Shown here: positions 40,212 to 54,662 of the stretch, in pieces | Layout: the number at the start of each line of letters is the position of its first letter | Numbering within the stretch: the stretch's first letter is position 1 | Assembly (NCBI GenBank): GCA_016748015.1 | Contig: JAAOMT010000046.1 | Location: forward strand, 1-64,000 | Direction: 5' to 3' | From: Geosiphon pyriformis uo1 | Taxonomy: Eukaryota > Fungi > Glomeromycota | Length of the DNA: 64,000 bases | Program-made: the position numbers and the translations under genes | The notes under the pieces: model-generated | What the model was told of the DNA's origin: nothing | The model's input: the letters and a program-made list of their open reading frames with translations, nothing else | Database searches by the model: none

Positions 40212-40664
40212 TATATTTATTTAAAAATTTAGAACTGACAAAATAATCAGATTTTAACAAATTTATAAATAAATTAACAAACCATAAATGATTTGTTTTA
40301 ATTTTTTCATTGTGATATTGATTTAATTTAAATTTAAAATTGATTAGAAAATTCTTCAAGAATTAAAACATAATTTTTTAATTAATAAAGTTAATTAATT
40401 TTATTTGTTAAACATTTATTTATTAATTTTTAATTTATTAAACTTTTAATATTTAACAAAAATATTAATAAGATAGATAAATAAATAAATAAATGAAATT
40501 TTTTTTTAAAAATTATACACAATTATATAAATATTTTTGTTTTATAATTTTCAATTATTTTATTTTTTATTCTTTTATAAAAACTTTAAAAAAATTTTAT
40601 TTTGTAAATAATAAAGTTTTCTTGAATAATAAATATGAGTTTATTAAAATTCATTTTTTATTGA

Positions 40665-40695
<31 letters not shown>

Positions 40696-41239
40696 TCAGC
40701 ATTTTTTAATATATAAAAACATTATTTAAGTGATGCTTTCAAGAAAAATTTAGTTTTTGCAATTTCACTAAAAGAATTTATAATTGTAAAAATTCCAAAA
40801 AAAAAAGATTTTAAAATCAAGTAAAGCAATTAATTTTCACAAATTCTTAAAAATGTATATTTAGTATTTTTAAATATTCTTTTTTCTATTAAATTGAATT
40901 CTTTTTTTAAAGAAAGTAAAAGTGAAGTATAAATAATGATTGCAATATATAAAACGAACAATTCTTGAATTACAAAAATTTATATAAATCTTTATAGAAA
41001 ATTAACAGTAATGACTTATTGACTCTGGATTTGGTGTATATATTGCACAAATTTTACACAAGTTTAATGGTCTTTGCAGTATATTAATCTTTATGTTTTT
41101 TTAATTAACACAAGGAAACTGGAATTTTCCGCCAGATAAATAACTGAAACTTAATAAATTAAATACATTTAAATTAATAACATATTTAAAAGTAATTATT
41201 TTTTAAGCAAAAAATTTCAAACTTATCAAAAATATTTCT

Positions 41240-42000
41240 TCAGAGTTGTAAATATTAGTTCTTCTTTTATATCGCTGAAAGCTGGGCTGAGAAAACTTTA
41301 AAAATTTTGCTGTATTTTTACAGCTCGATTGAGTTTTAAGTTGCATCTTTAATTATTTTTTTTTAAAAACTAATAATGAAACAATAAAGAAAATTAGTCG
41401 AATAGTGGATCTACATGTTCTTGCGGAACCAATCGCCTATACTTTTTAAATGCATGTGAATTTTATAATATATAATTTTCAAACTTTTCTTATCTTGTAT
41501 AAAAGATGAGGTTTTTCAAGTTCTTTTTGGCTACTTTTAAACCACTTATAGGCTAAATTCTAGCCCCCGGGAAACGTTCTGTTGTATTTAGATAATTTTT
41601 GCAAGTCGATTTTGTTTCTTTTTAATGAGTATCTTGAAAGAAGATGGGTGTACTATCCTTGTCGGTTATGCTGTGACTTATTAACTAATATCGTTATTAG
41701 TTATGGATGGATAGTGTGTACATTTGTGAGAAAAATACTCTGCCACCAATTTAAACCGCATTCTTTATATGTCTCCAACACTGCGTTTTAAATTTAATTT
41801 ATCAAAGATAGGGTTTTCTAAGAAAAATGACAACAAAGTGAGTACATAGGCTTTCTAAATTGATAAAAAGTTTTTCTTTTGAATTCGGATATTTACACTG
41901 TTTCATGATATCTTAATTGCGGCTGGAAAAAGGTTGACTTTTGATTTATTATTTAGTTTAATAAGAAAACTTTACTTTTTTAAAACTTCCTAAAATATCC
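41240..42000 (+). repeat. Unclassified dispersed repeat, copy 2
   Basis: Shares blocks with 14090-14530. Confidence 0.45.
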
Positions 42001-42589
42001 TTATTATTGGATTTTTTTAATGCTAATATTCACAATTGTAAAAGTACTTTTTTGAAAAGCCTAAAAATAGAGATCTCTTATCTGAAATTTATTCATGAAT
42101 TTTTTTTTAAAAGATAGGAAATAATATTTAGTTCAAAAAATCCTTATCAGAAAAAGGAGACCAAGTAGATGATATTAAAATCTTTAAACCAGAAAATTGA
42201 CCATTTAATAAATTTTAAGTAGTGATTTATTTATTTATTTAAGTAGTGATTTATTTATTTATTTATTTTTAAACCTAAAAATTTATAAAAGTATTGGGAA
42301 ACAAAGGTATATCTTTAACTTTAAATTCTTGATTTCTTATTTTTTCTAAATGACCAATTAATTTGAGATTCTATGAAATTGCTCTTTATATACCAATAAC
42401 TTTAATTAATTTCTTTAAAAATGAATATTCGATTTTTATAAACTTTTTCTAATATATAATCCTTAACCCAATAATAAACTAAAAGGGAAACAATTAAAAA
42501 TAAATAAATAAATAAATAATAAAAATAGATAATGGGAGTCTATGAATTTTAAATATTAGACACGTCATTTCGAAAAAAGAAAGTGTAAT

Positions 42590-42845
42590 CAAAACTATAT
42601 TTTTCGAATTCGGCTAAATGATTTTATCAGGCCATGGATTTAGATTAAATACTCTTTTCATGTTTCTTTGTTCTTTGGCTAGTTAATTAAGAACATATTA
42701 TAAGAATATGTTTTTAAGTCTTCTATCAACAGAAAAATTTACATCATATCATATAGGTTACTTACCATCACCTTTCTTGACGGATAATTTTACGAACAGA
42801 CATTATATATTGATTTTGCTCTTAAAAAGGGTTTAAACTTTTAAA
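42590..42845 (-). repeat. SINE-like repeat, eroded copy 3
   Basis: CTATATTTTCGAATTCGGCTAAAT..GCCATGGATTTAGATTAAATAC..TTTACATCATATCA..GACGGATA..AGGGTTTAAAC aligns to 6920-7378. Confidence 0.6.
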
Positions 42846-43630
42846 CCATTTTGTTTTAAGATTAAAATTTGACTATAAACAAAAATATCAGTTACTTTAA
42901 AGTTTATTTTTAATTATTTATAATTTTTTGTATAATTTAAAATAATAAACAGTAATAACAAAAAAATAATAATATTTTAAAATATAAAAAACTACAAAAT
43001 TAAATAAATTAATTTTTATTATTTTTATTCAAACATAAATAAAATTTTATATTAAATCTATTATAATTTATTATGTTCAATATTTACATAAATTTTTATA
43101 AATTTTATTTTGTAAACATATCACTTTAAAATTTTATATTAAATTGCTATTTTAAAAGTAAAATTGTTCAAATACTTGTAAGTACAAATTTTATGTTTAA
43201 TGAAATATTTATTAAAATAAAAAAAATTACATTAAAAAAATAATCTGTTTGAATTTTTGAGAATAGTTGAAATACATCTTAATTATTAATACAAAGTTAA
43301 AAAGTATTTTTCATCTTTTAACATTTGCAATAAATTGCTTTTACAAAGCCTATTATGATAAATGATCACAATTTCCGAAATTTTCACAGCTTGTTTATTT
43401 TCAATAAAATCTTAAAGTTCTGATTGTTTAAAATTAATGCTTAACCCCAATTTCCTTATGTTGCTTTTGTCTCTCTTTTTGCTTTACATTAAAGACACGG
43501 GTATTTTAATCTGATAAGCATTACTAAGCAACTGATCAGTATTTCATTTGATAGGCAAATCTTTTCATTCTAGACAGATTTATAGTTCCTTCAAACTCTG
43601 ATTCAATTCATTTCATTTATCGTAACAAAG

Positions 43631-44474
43631 ATGGAAGAAGCTTCCTGGGCACGCAAAGAACGCCTCGCTGCCCTAAAAAAGCGAAAAATTGGCTCTGAAG
43701 CAACTGGTGAAGAAGGAGTTGAAAGTACTGAAACTAACGAAGGTGAAAAGTGAGTCTTTGATCGTCATTGATTGTTCTCATGATTTCTACCAATATGTTC
43801 AGAAAAGTTTTCTTCCTAAATTCTACCATTTGGTTTTTCTGTAAAACATATTTGTAGGATTAATAAATATTAACTTCTCAACTTCTAAACTTTAACTAGA
43901 CCAGTTTTGCGTTTCCGAAACTACACGCCGCTCAATGAGGAAATAAAAGCGCAATCTATAATAAAAATTGGAACACCAACGGACGTCGGTGATACGGTGG
44001 AAAAACAAGTTGATCAATTAACCAGAGAAGTTGAGGCAGCAGAAGAAGCTAAAAGAGCTGAAGAAGTGGTATGTTTTGAAAGCAATCTGTGATATTTTTC
44101 TAAATTAATATTCAATTCCATTTATTTGCTCTAAAAGAATAATTTTCTAAATATCTTGACAACCATTATTCAGGATCTTTTGAATTTAGCTCCAAAAAAA
44201 AGTAATTGGGATTTGAAACGTGATGTTGAAAAGAAAGTGGCGAAATTGAATAGGCGAACTCAAATTGCAATTGCCCAGCTTATAAGTACTTTGAAAGGAA
44301 ACCGTGAGTTATAATATATTACTTGTTATTTTACTCACTTCAATTCTGTTAAAAGGAATCCGGCTTAATCGTGAGGTCGAGGCGAAGATTGATCTGGCCG
44401 ATGCTGTAAATTCACAAGAGAAAGCAGTCAACCTACAAGCTAACAAAGATTCTGGCGACGAAGATTCAGAATGA
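43631..44474 (+). CDS. CWF18: Pre-mRNA splicing factor Cwf18 / CCDC12; 4 exons
   Basis: ARKERLAALK, LRFRNYTP, DLLNLAPKKSNWDLKRDVEKK..L.RRTQ.AIA.LI; GT-AG introns. Confidence 0.92.
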
Positions 44475-47168
44475 AAAATCTTGATGGCAATCTGGCCGCA
44501 TACATCGGTGAGTATTTCTAATTCATTTTTATTTGTTTCTGTTGTTTTTTTAATAAATTTTATTTGAAAAGCAAAAAATGAAGATGAGAAATTTCAGGTA
44601 GCTACTTTTCTTAAAGCTAATCTTTCTGGTGTGATAAAAAAGAAAACAATCAATTTTTAAGAGTTTAAATCAATAAAACATGACTTGGCCATTAGTCAAC
44701 AATTGGCGTGTGCTATGGATTATTGAAGGGAATTTCTGGGCAAAGTTGTTTCAGTTGAGATACTTAATCTGCGGGCTCTGTTTGGCAGATAGTAATACCT
44801 GTAATTGACTACATCATTACTCTAACCATCAAAGCGGTCGGCTCGAGATATTCCAAGACACAGTAAATTGATGGGCTCTACGGCATTTCCAAACTAGTGG
44901 GTTCTACGTTGGTGGTAACTTGGCATCAATTATTTCCTCGAATTGAGAGCTACCCAGTGTTCTTGGCCTTGCCAAACCCTTTTTGGGACTACCAGGTCCG
45001 TTTCTTGGATAGAATACAACTTTAAAATTTATGATTACTGGAGATGATAAGGAGCGCGACCCATATTTGCTCTTTCATAATACTCCAATTAAAAGCCATC
45101 ATTTTCTTTACTCTATTCGACATAGAATTTGCTTATTTGGACAATTTGATTACTTCCATTATTTTATCATCAACTCTAACCCTAGGTTTATCTGTTATCA
45201 CAGAACTTTCAATTTTCTTTGTCGTATTATTCTCTGACTTTTTTCTATTCTCCTATATTCCAAGTTTTTCCATCTTAAAACAGTAATTGTGTCCCATGTC
45301 GTGATTCATTAAGATAATCGCGAATACTGATTTCTCTGTATTACGGAGTTGCAACTTTTAAGACAAACAAGTAGAAACTTGTTTAAACGAAGAAAACTTT
45401 CCAATAAAGTCACTCACATTTCTTTCTATATTTTGCCTTTTACATGAAACAATATATCATAGAAACTAAAATGGGTAATTTGACTATTGTTGAACAGTGA
45501 AATTTTTGGATCGATAATCAATCATGCTTTTTAATTTCAAAGCATGCAACATCTTTTCTTTTTTCATCCTTAAAATTTTTATTATTAAATATTACACATA
45601 AAAAATAATATTCTTGTATTTTTTGTAAACATATGTAAATTACAATTTTTAATAAGCAGAAAAATAAAATTTTGAATAAATTAAAAGTCTTAATATAATT
45701 TATACTTTTGCAATTTGATAAGCTAGATTATTTTTAAATTATAATATATTCATACAATATATTTTTGTCCTTTTTTTATTTAAATAATATTTTAAAGTTT
45801 TAATGACTGAAATTTTTATTAACTAAAACTTTTAAATAACCAAATAAAAAAATAAAATGTGAAATTTTGACTAATTTTTTCTTAACAAGCTTCTCTCATT
45901 GTTTTCTTATTAAGAATCAGACTTTTTTTCTTTTCACTTTCATTTTTGATATTCTTATTAGCATGAAAATCTTTATTAGAAACAAATCTCTGTCACTACC
46001 ATATTAAAAATTTTTGTTTTTTTTAACCACTCATTGATATCAGGCTAAAAATAAGATAAATGATTCTTTAAATAAGAGTTAGCAACGATAGTGGAAATCC
46101 AAACTATCTATGTACCAAAAGAAAGGTAACTTGAACCTTTTCATACTGTATATCATTAAAAGCGTTCAGAATGTATTTCTTACCTGTTCAAGTCTCATCA
46201 CTTCTTTATAGTTTCAACTAAGCCAATATATCCAATCCTGGTAATTATTAGCAGAGTATTCCGAATGAATAATTTAGAATTCATAAATTCCAAGCTAGTA
46301 AAACATAACCAATTAAACCAAAAAATCTGAGCTAATTTATTATCAAATCAAATCAAATCAAATCAAATCAATAAATAATGCTTCAATCTGATAATAATCC
46401 CTTTTATTAATAAAAATAATTTACGAAAGCTTGAAATTCTGTGGGTAACCGTTTACAATTGATTACTGCATTAACCTTTATTTTTTCAGTGACAGGAAAT
46501 TTTAAAGCATCAGTGAAAGTTGGGATATTGAATAGATTTTTAAATACCGAATGATTTTCGTATCATTCTTTTAGATTTTCCTTAATCTAGAAAATTTTCC
46601 GAGAGCTTCGTCCAATTTTCGAGCGATAAACATTTACGCTTGAATGTTTTAATATAATGATAATTCCCAGGTGCCATAAACTCCGTTATTTTTATTGTTT
46701 GGGAACGAAGCTTTGAAGAATAAAATAAATAGCCTTAATTTATTTTTTTTAGGTGTAAGTGATGGGGGATTTTGTCCTCTTTTTTTTTTTGTAAGTTGAT
46801 CCAACTATCTGGCTGGGGTGCAGATCATCTTGAACTGATGATCCGCAAATCTTGTAATCATGGAAAAACGACGATCTTTATTTGACAAGGTTTGTTAAAA
46901 TTATCGTAAATATATATGTAGAGAAGGAAAAATACAATTTTATTTTACAGCGTACATTTTGTATTGAAACTGGTTTTACAAACTTTAATCTCATTATTAA
47001 CAAGTATCTCTTTGACACGTTTCAGTTTTTTTTATTATAAAGATCGGAATACATTTTCCGTCATTTGATCTTGTCAGTTGACCAGAATACTGTGCTACAA
47101 ACACGTGAAACAAGGAATATACTTTATATACTGCGCCAGTTAAAAAACACCAAAAAGTTGGGTTGAGG

Positions 47169-48001
47169 TTATCTTTTTAAAGTATTTCTGAGTTGTTCAT
47201 CCTTACAACAATCAATTGGCAACCGACCTTTACCATCCTTAATGCGGAGTAATCCTTTGTCATTTTCTATCAGCATTATCGCCACCTCTTGGAATACATT
47301 TTCGCATGCTTTGTGTAATGGAGTTTGGCCATCAGAATCTTGAACCCTAGGATCAGCTCCATATTTCAACAAGAGTTTTACTACTCTTGAATGATTTTCG
47401 GCAGCTGCACGATGCAAAGGCTGTTGTGAAAAGATGTTAGTAGAATGATAAAAAAGTCAAAGTCAAAGTCAAAGTTAAAGTAAAGATGAAAAAATAATGT
47501 TCAAATTTTAAGATAGTCGTTACTTTTGTTAATTAAACCTACAGTTGAGAATAATTCTGGAGTGACAACATTTACTTCAGCTCTATTTTCGAGCAAAAGA
47601 CGACAAATATCTTCGTTACCAATACGTGCTGCGTAATGCTGATAAGTTTCAATGAAAAAAGTTTGGGACAAGAGAAACTTTTATAGAGCAAGAAAAAAGT
47701 TCACAAAGATCTGGTAATTTTCTTTGATTTTTATATATATTAATAAAGAGATATTTCTCTTTGTTCAAAATTGAAACATATTTATATACACTACCAAAGG
47801 TTTATATCCGGTTTTATCACTTTCGTTCACAATCCGAGTTCCCTTCTTCGCGATAAGACTTTTGACTCGATCATAATCACCTTGTAAGCAAGCTTGATGT
47901 ATTGACTTTGTAAAATCTAACTCTTCCAAAGTTTGAACAAAAAGATTTTGTTCAGAGTGAGAACAGTTATGGTCATGAATATTTCCCTTGTGTTGGCTCA
48001 T
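47169..48001 (-). CDS. ANKRD39: ANKRD39-like ankyrin-repeat protein (184 aa); 3 exons
   Basis: Exons 48001-47795, 47638-47543 and 47420-47169. CSH..VQTLEELDF.KSI..A...GD..RVK, GY.PLHYAAR.G, TPLHRAA, D.DG.TPLHKA. Confidence 0.85.
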
Positions 48002-49138
48002 TCCTTTTCTAAAAGTTTCTCAGTTGTTTAGTAAAACAAAATAATTTTAAAATAAAAATCTCATGTTCCAGATTCTTTTCTTTTCTCTTTTTCTTTTTTT
48101 TTTTAAAGAATTAAAATTATATATTTCACCTTTTAAACAAAAACAAAAAAGAAAAAGCACCACAAAAATTTTCCCGTTTCAACTCCCAATAAATCATGCG
48201 AATTGAACACATGATAGAAAATTCGGGAGAAGTGTTAACGAAATTTAGGTTGGTTCCTGACTTGTATGTTGCTCCGATGCAATGTGATGCGTGTACAGAC
48301 TACCACATTTTAATGAATGGCAATATTTACAAGATCATCAAAGATAGCTTACTTGGTGCGCCATTTATTTAATAATCTAATAAGTATGTATGCTACTATC
48401 AAAAAAAAATAATATATGAAATACAACGAAAAAAAATGTCTAAAAAGATAACATAAAAAAGTTTTATGACATGCGATTTTTGGTGTGGGTAATAAGCTTA
48501 GCAAAAAAAGTTGTGCGGGCGCGGGGTGGGTAAAAGTAAGCATTCAGGCTGGTCATTTTCTAAATGAATCCCTGCAAATAATCGAAAAATTGAAAATAAT
48601 ATATTCTCTTCACTTTAGCTTGCAGCAAAAATGTTCGTTAGGAACTTTCTATTGTTTACTATATTTGGGTGTACACAAATACAAAATTACTTGGCAAATT
48701 TTTATATAAAATCTCTTGTCTGCCCTCATTTTGTTTCAATGATAAATATTCGCTTTGTCTGGCAAAAATAGAGTAATACGTAAGATGAACTTCTAGTGCA
48801 CATTTTGTAAAAAAAGATAATCGCAGTGCTACAAAATAAACAATTTTCATTGGACATTCTAATTATGACGTCATTCATACTCATCCAAGACTTCAAGAAA
48901 ACAATAACTTTAATTGCCAACAACGGGAATCTTGAAAGAATCCAGCAACTTTACAACCGTCATTAACTCTTTAATATACCTACAATCCTTCAAACCCAAG
49001 ACTCCACTTGTATACACTCAATTTTCACAATTCAAAAAACTTTTCACCCATTTTTGCAAGAATATTTCGTGAAACTTTTATTAAACATTCTGGGTCATTT
49101 AAAAATCTTTATCTAGGGCTACCAAAAATTTTACTAGC

Positions 49139-52100
49139 ATGACTTCTCTATCATCAAATGAACTACCTTTATCAGTTAAATCCGTTATAAAACCGGTTGA
49201 TCCTGAATATGAACGTCGCTTACAAAATCGAGTGCGTGAACTTTTAGGCTCTCGTTTTGACGGGTATGTTCATTTTATATTTTCAAAGTTATTCTTACAC
49301 AATTATAGTTGCATATCATAAAATTAAATTCAAATCAGATTTATATGGATTACCGCTCATGCAGAAATGAAAAGCGAATTCGATCATCTTATCCTGATTA
49401 GGCAGCTGTAGGCCTCGTGTAACACAAAGCTTTATTTGATGTAAAGTCACAATGTTATACCGGGCTTCAATACATCTATTTTGATTTCATTTTATTTGAT
49501 AAATTCAATTTTTAATATTGTTCTGCTTACTCTTCACTCTTATTCAATATTTACCCTAATCAGATTTCCTGGAGCTCAACCTGTTAGCTTTGAAGCATCA
49601 CATTTTAAACTTTTAGAAACTGAGGATTATTTTGTATGTGAGAAGAGCGATGGGATTCGATACATAATGATTGCTTGTTTGTCGCCTAAGGGGTATGCTA
49701 CATTCCTTGTAAGTTTATTCGGACTAATTCAGTGTTAATTTTAAAAGATAAATTTTTTTATCATCTCTCAAAGTTTTTTTCATGATTCATTTTGGGCTCT
49801 ACTGATTTTTTACTCTTTCTTCGATTAAATTTAGTTAGACAGAAAAAATAAGATTCAGTTTGTAGAAGGTTTACAACTTCCGCTACGAGAGGATCCTACT
49901 AAATGCCATCATGAAACCTTGATGGATGGCGAATTGGTAGTGGATCTTGAAGGCGATAAGGTGAAATGAAATAAATTAAATTAAAATAAATTACACCATC
50001 TCAAATTTAATTTAAGGTTCTTATCAACTTTTGTTAAACTCCTTTTTCCTTTTATCCAGAAATCTTTACGCTTCCTTGTATTTGATCTTATGGTCATAAA
50101 TGGTAACGTGGTTACGCAACGGTCATTAAGTACGCGACTTGGGGTACACGCTTAATCTTTTTTTCTCAAAGTCATGCATATCCAGGACTTATTTGATTTC
50201 AATTCTTAATGATCTATTTTGCCCCTCCATATATTACCCTATAGATGTTTAGACAAGATGTAATAGAACCTCTGGAGACAGCTTTGGCCAAAAATCCTGA
50301 ATTGGCTATGAAACAACCTTTTAGGTTAGTTAAACATTCATATTGTTGAACTTTTTTTTTTTTGAAATCAAATCCACTCAACAGGTTTTCCATTCTTCGA
50401 ATACAGCGTAGAATTAAAAGAGATGGAAAGATCCTATGGGCTTCCCAAAGTTTTTCAACAAATACCATATTTAAAACATGCTAATGATGGACTTGTATTT
50501 ACACCGGTCAAAATGCCTTATGTTTCTGGGACATGTCATAAATTGTATGATACTTTTGAATTTCAGGCTTTTCGCGTTCTATCAACAATCAATGAAGCCT
50601 AATACAAAATTAATTATTTTTCAGATTGAAATGGAAACCAGTGGATAGTAACACTGTTGATTTTAAGATTAATGTCATTTGGAACAGTGAAAGAAAGCCT
50701 TCTTATCAATTGTTCATCGCTAATAATGCAATACACAAATTCTATGATTTTTTAACGTTAGAAGAAGAGAGATCCACAGAGTGAGTATAATTTCAAAAAA
50801 CTTTATGAATTCAAATGAATACATATATTAAAATCATTTAAATATAAAAATATAAATTCATCATAGGTGGCGAAAAGATCCTCCGAATGGTCGCATTGGT
50901 GAGTTTTGGTAAGCAATACTATTTTCTCATCATATAAATTTTTATGAATTGATCAAAATAAAAATTCTCTAAAAATTTAATTTAATCGAATTAAATAGGT
51001 ATGATCCAAATTGGAAAACAACTATGCCTGAAGAAGGATACGCGCCTTGGATTCGTGCCGGTGGATGGAGGTTTGTATTTACTCGAGAAAGACTAGCATT
51101 ATACAGATTTGCTATTTAAATAATTTATATTAAACCTGATTTTTAGGATCGCTTTCTAACGGAATCTTTTTCATTTCAGATTTGTGAGGTTTAGGGATGA
51201 CAAAGAATTGGCTAATGACGAAACTGTTCTGAATAAGATTTGGCACAGCATTCAAGATGCGGTCACAAAGGAAATGGTATTTTTGCTTAAGATTTTGAGT
51301 TTCTTTGAATTTTCAAGATAAAATTATTTTTATTATATTTAAACTCATGTCATTTAATTCGCTCAAGTTGGAACGCCATTGTGACATAATTCGAAAAGGT
51401 TGGAAAGAAAGGGAAAGATTTCCACCTCCTGGACCACGAATGTCAATTTCTCAGGCGACAACACCTGTGACTCCTGTCACTCCTGTGCATAACAGGTATG
51501 AATGATTGTATTTTTTATCTAATCAATTTCATGCTACCTGGCAAATTCATGAGACTTTATTACTCTGGTGAATAGAAATAGCAGATTTCCTGTTACCATT
51601 TCTCCAATAACCCCATTAAGTGCCCATTCCATCAATATACCACCAACTGTATTATCTCCAACTGTTATAACGACACCATCAAATGGAAGTGGGTACTTTT
51701 CTCAAGTTATACAGAAGACAACTCAAGAAGAATCCTCAGATTTACATATTCGTGAAACGTTAACACCCCAGGTAGCACAACAAAATGAATTTGAAGAAGA
51801 AACTCGCGAACTTTCAAATACAAGATCCACATCAGAAGAAAAAATTGATTCAAGAGCAAAACGTCAAAGAACTTCACGTGGGCCCTCACCAGAATTAACA
51901 CAAGATCGTAAACCGTTACACCTACTATCAAACTCCCAAGAAATCCAACCATCACAAGGTCTATCATCTCCCTCTTCCTCTTCGTCCACATCCTCTCGTC
52001 AATCCTCAATAACACACAACTACCATGACGAAGCTTCAATTAGAGAATCCCCTTCCCCGAAAGTGATTTCCCTTGACTTTAAACTTCCAGAGAAAGTGCC

Positions 52101-53259
52101 TGGTTCTCAAGCGCCGAGATTTGTCGAGATTTCCAAGTCACAAATCACCCAGGCTTCTCAAGCTTCTTCATCGCCCCCTGCCTCCTCACAACAGACCATC
52201 CCACCCTCATACCCACATAATGCACCTCAACTGATCAGGCGGCCCTCACCTAAACGTAGACTAACAGAGATAGCATCTATTCTATCACCTGTAGTTGAAG
52301 AACCGCGAAGTATTCATCGAGAACTTTCCAATTTTAGTGAGATTACCAGATGGGACAATTCTGATGAAACGACGGTAAAATCACAATCAAACTCACTACA
52401 AACTCTGAATCGAAAGACTTCACCAGAAAATTTACAATCATCCACTCCTAATCCTGCCACCCATAATCACCCTCTATCCTTGAAAACAGCCCCATATCAA
52501 ACTGATGATCACATTGCTTCTCCATCACCACGACCTCACTTTGTTTCTTCGAAAACAGAGAATGATCGTGACGAACAAAAAATCCACCCACCCTCTTTCT
52601 ATTATCCCTCTTCATCTGCAATTTTGAAACCCTCCTATCCTTACTCAAACTCGGAAGCTTTAAGGCAGGAATCACTTCCTTCAACATTGAATCGTTCTAT
52701 TGAACCTTCGACTTCACAATATTTCAATTCTCAATCGAGTAAATTACAAACACATTCTTCACCGTCCTCGCGGTCACTACATGTCAAATACCCTTCTCGA
52801 CATTACACTTCTACTTCAAGTATATCACAAATTGATATGCACAATCCTCCATATAGCCTTTATGGAGGAGCTCAAAATAATTTTGTTTCTTCACCTACCC
52901 AAGGAGAGTTTTTTCAAATGCAAGCTATAAATCAAAGGACGAATTTTTACGAAGTCGAAGATGATGCTCAGACACACACCTTCATAAATTATTCAAATAA
53001 TCCGCTACCAACTAATCAACAGAGTCAGACGCGGCCACCATTATCAGCACTACACATGGGATCGACGAGTACGGCGCAAACAGCTCAGTATTCTGTCTCA
53101 CCATCTGCTTCACCAGGGACTCCAACACCAACACCCACCACCTCTAACAATCGACCAACCCCTCAAAAAAGAAAGTCTAAAGCCATGTTAGAATTTATTT
53201 TGAACGATTCGTCGAAAGATGCAGACCAAAAAAGGGCAAGATTTGGATGGGATGAGTAG
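49139..53259 (+). CDS. CEG1: mRNA capping enzyme guanylyltransferase (Ceg1) with long S/P/T/Q-rich C-terminal extension; ~12 exons
   Basis: FPGAQPVSF, motif I EKSDGIRY, TLMDGELV, FLVFDLM, HANDGLVFTP, LKWKP..NTVDF, OB-fold WRFVRFRDDK..AN. The last intron (after 51495) joins the 51568-53259 ORF in frame. Confidence 0.9.
49359..49477 (+). ncRNA. Candidate intronic H/ACA snoRNA in CEG1 intron 1
   Basis: Hairpin - ACACAA (ANANNA, 49422-49427) - hairpin (AAGCTT/GGGCTT) - ACA (49472-49474), inside an unusually long 300-bp intron. Confidence 0.3.
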
Positions 53260-53929
53260 CAAAGGATTGTATTCAAAGGATTTGCTGTTTAGTCATTTCA
53301 AAAATATCTTGTATCCAGTTAAACATACACTCATTTGTATCCATTATTCCAATCATTCACATTTCTCGGGTACGTCACTTGTATATATTGTTTCCTATTT
53401 TTTCGTACTGTTTTATAACAGAATCGCACTTATCCAAGTGGATCATATTAGCAATATCATTCATTGTTCATTATTCTCATCTTAACTGTCAAAGTACTGG
53501 TGACGAGATAAAGGGCAAGAGTAAATAAAATTCTTAACGATTCAAACCTTGTTGAATCATGATGTAAAATTAGAAAGCTTGGATTGCTTATGAATACAAA
53601 ATTTTCTCATTTCAAACGGATGTAAGTCAATTTGTGATTTGTGCAAAAATGTGTTAGATAATTATTTAATAATAAACCAAAAAAATGTAAATTGAACATG
53701 TAGTGTAATACAACAAAAATTTGATATATTTTTTGGATTATTGTTCATTTTTATTTAATAAATAATTATTTAAATCAAGTACAATTTTATTTAATATAAA
53801 AGAAATAAGTTATTAAGTTATTTTATAAAATAGTTGATTGTAAATTTATTTATATATTATTAAATTTTTTAAAGTAAACTTATTTGTATATTATTAAAAA
53901 CACTATACTATTATGGTTAAAAACCATAA

Positions 53930-54100
53930 TTTTTATTAATTAATATATGTATTAGTTATTTAATATTATATAATTAATTACTTATTTTTAAATAATAATT
54001 GTTAATCTAATTAATAATTTGATTATTAACTTGATTATTAATCTGATTATTAACATAATTATTAATTTTTTTTAGTAAATATATATGTAATAAATTTCTT
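53930..54100 (+). repeat. AT-eroded dispersed repeat with ~12-bp minisatellite, copy 2
   Basis: TTGATTATTAACTTGATTATTAATCTGATTATTAAC units; flank matches 12600-12660. Confidence 0.5.
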
Positions 54101-54662
54101 AATTATAAAAAACATGTAATCAAAAAAACAAATACAATAAAAACACATTTAATATTTCTTTTTATATTGTTTTTTTTTTAATTTTTAAGTATTTATAAGT
54201 AAAAAATTATTTATTGGTATTTATATATCTTATTTTTTTTTAATATTATTATTAAAATTAGTTTAAAAAACTATTTATTTGCTTTGGTAATTTATTAAAT
54301 AAAAAAATAATTAAAAAACACAATAATATTTATTAATTTTAAAATTTATTAAAATAAAACATTGCTTTTTTATTAAAACTTTAATAAATATAGCTTAATT
54401 ACTATTTAATATACAAAAACAGATTAAATATTTTTAATTAAATATAATTTATATGTTTGCTATATGTAATTAACTATTTAAATTAATTAAGATTATATTA
54501 TATATTTATATTAAAAAAATATATACTTATTACACAAACCAAAACTCATTATAAAAGTTTTATTAATATTAAATATACATATTATATGAGTAAAAATTTT
54601 ATCTAACAAATTATATAAATTATAAAATATTAATTTAATATTATTAACCAAATTATTATTAT

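Noticed and set aside
46820-46875. Hammerhead ribozyme or C/D snoRNA around CTGATGA
   Set aside because: CTGATGA lies in a simple GATCATC/GATGATC hairpin; no proper stem II-GAAA-stem III arrangement and no nearby D box.
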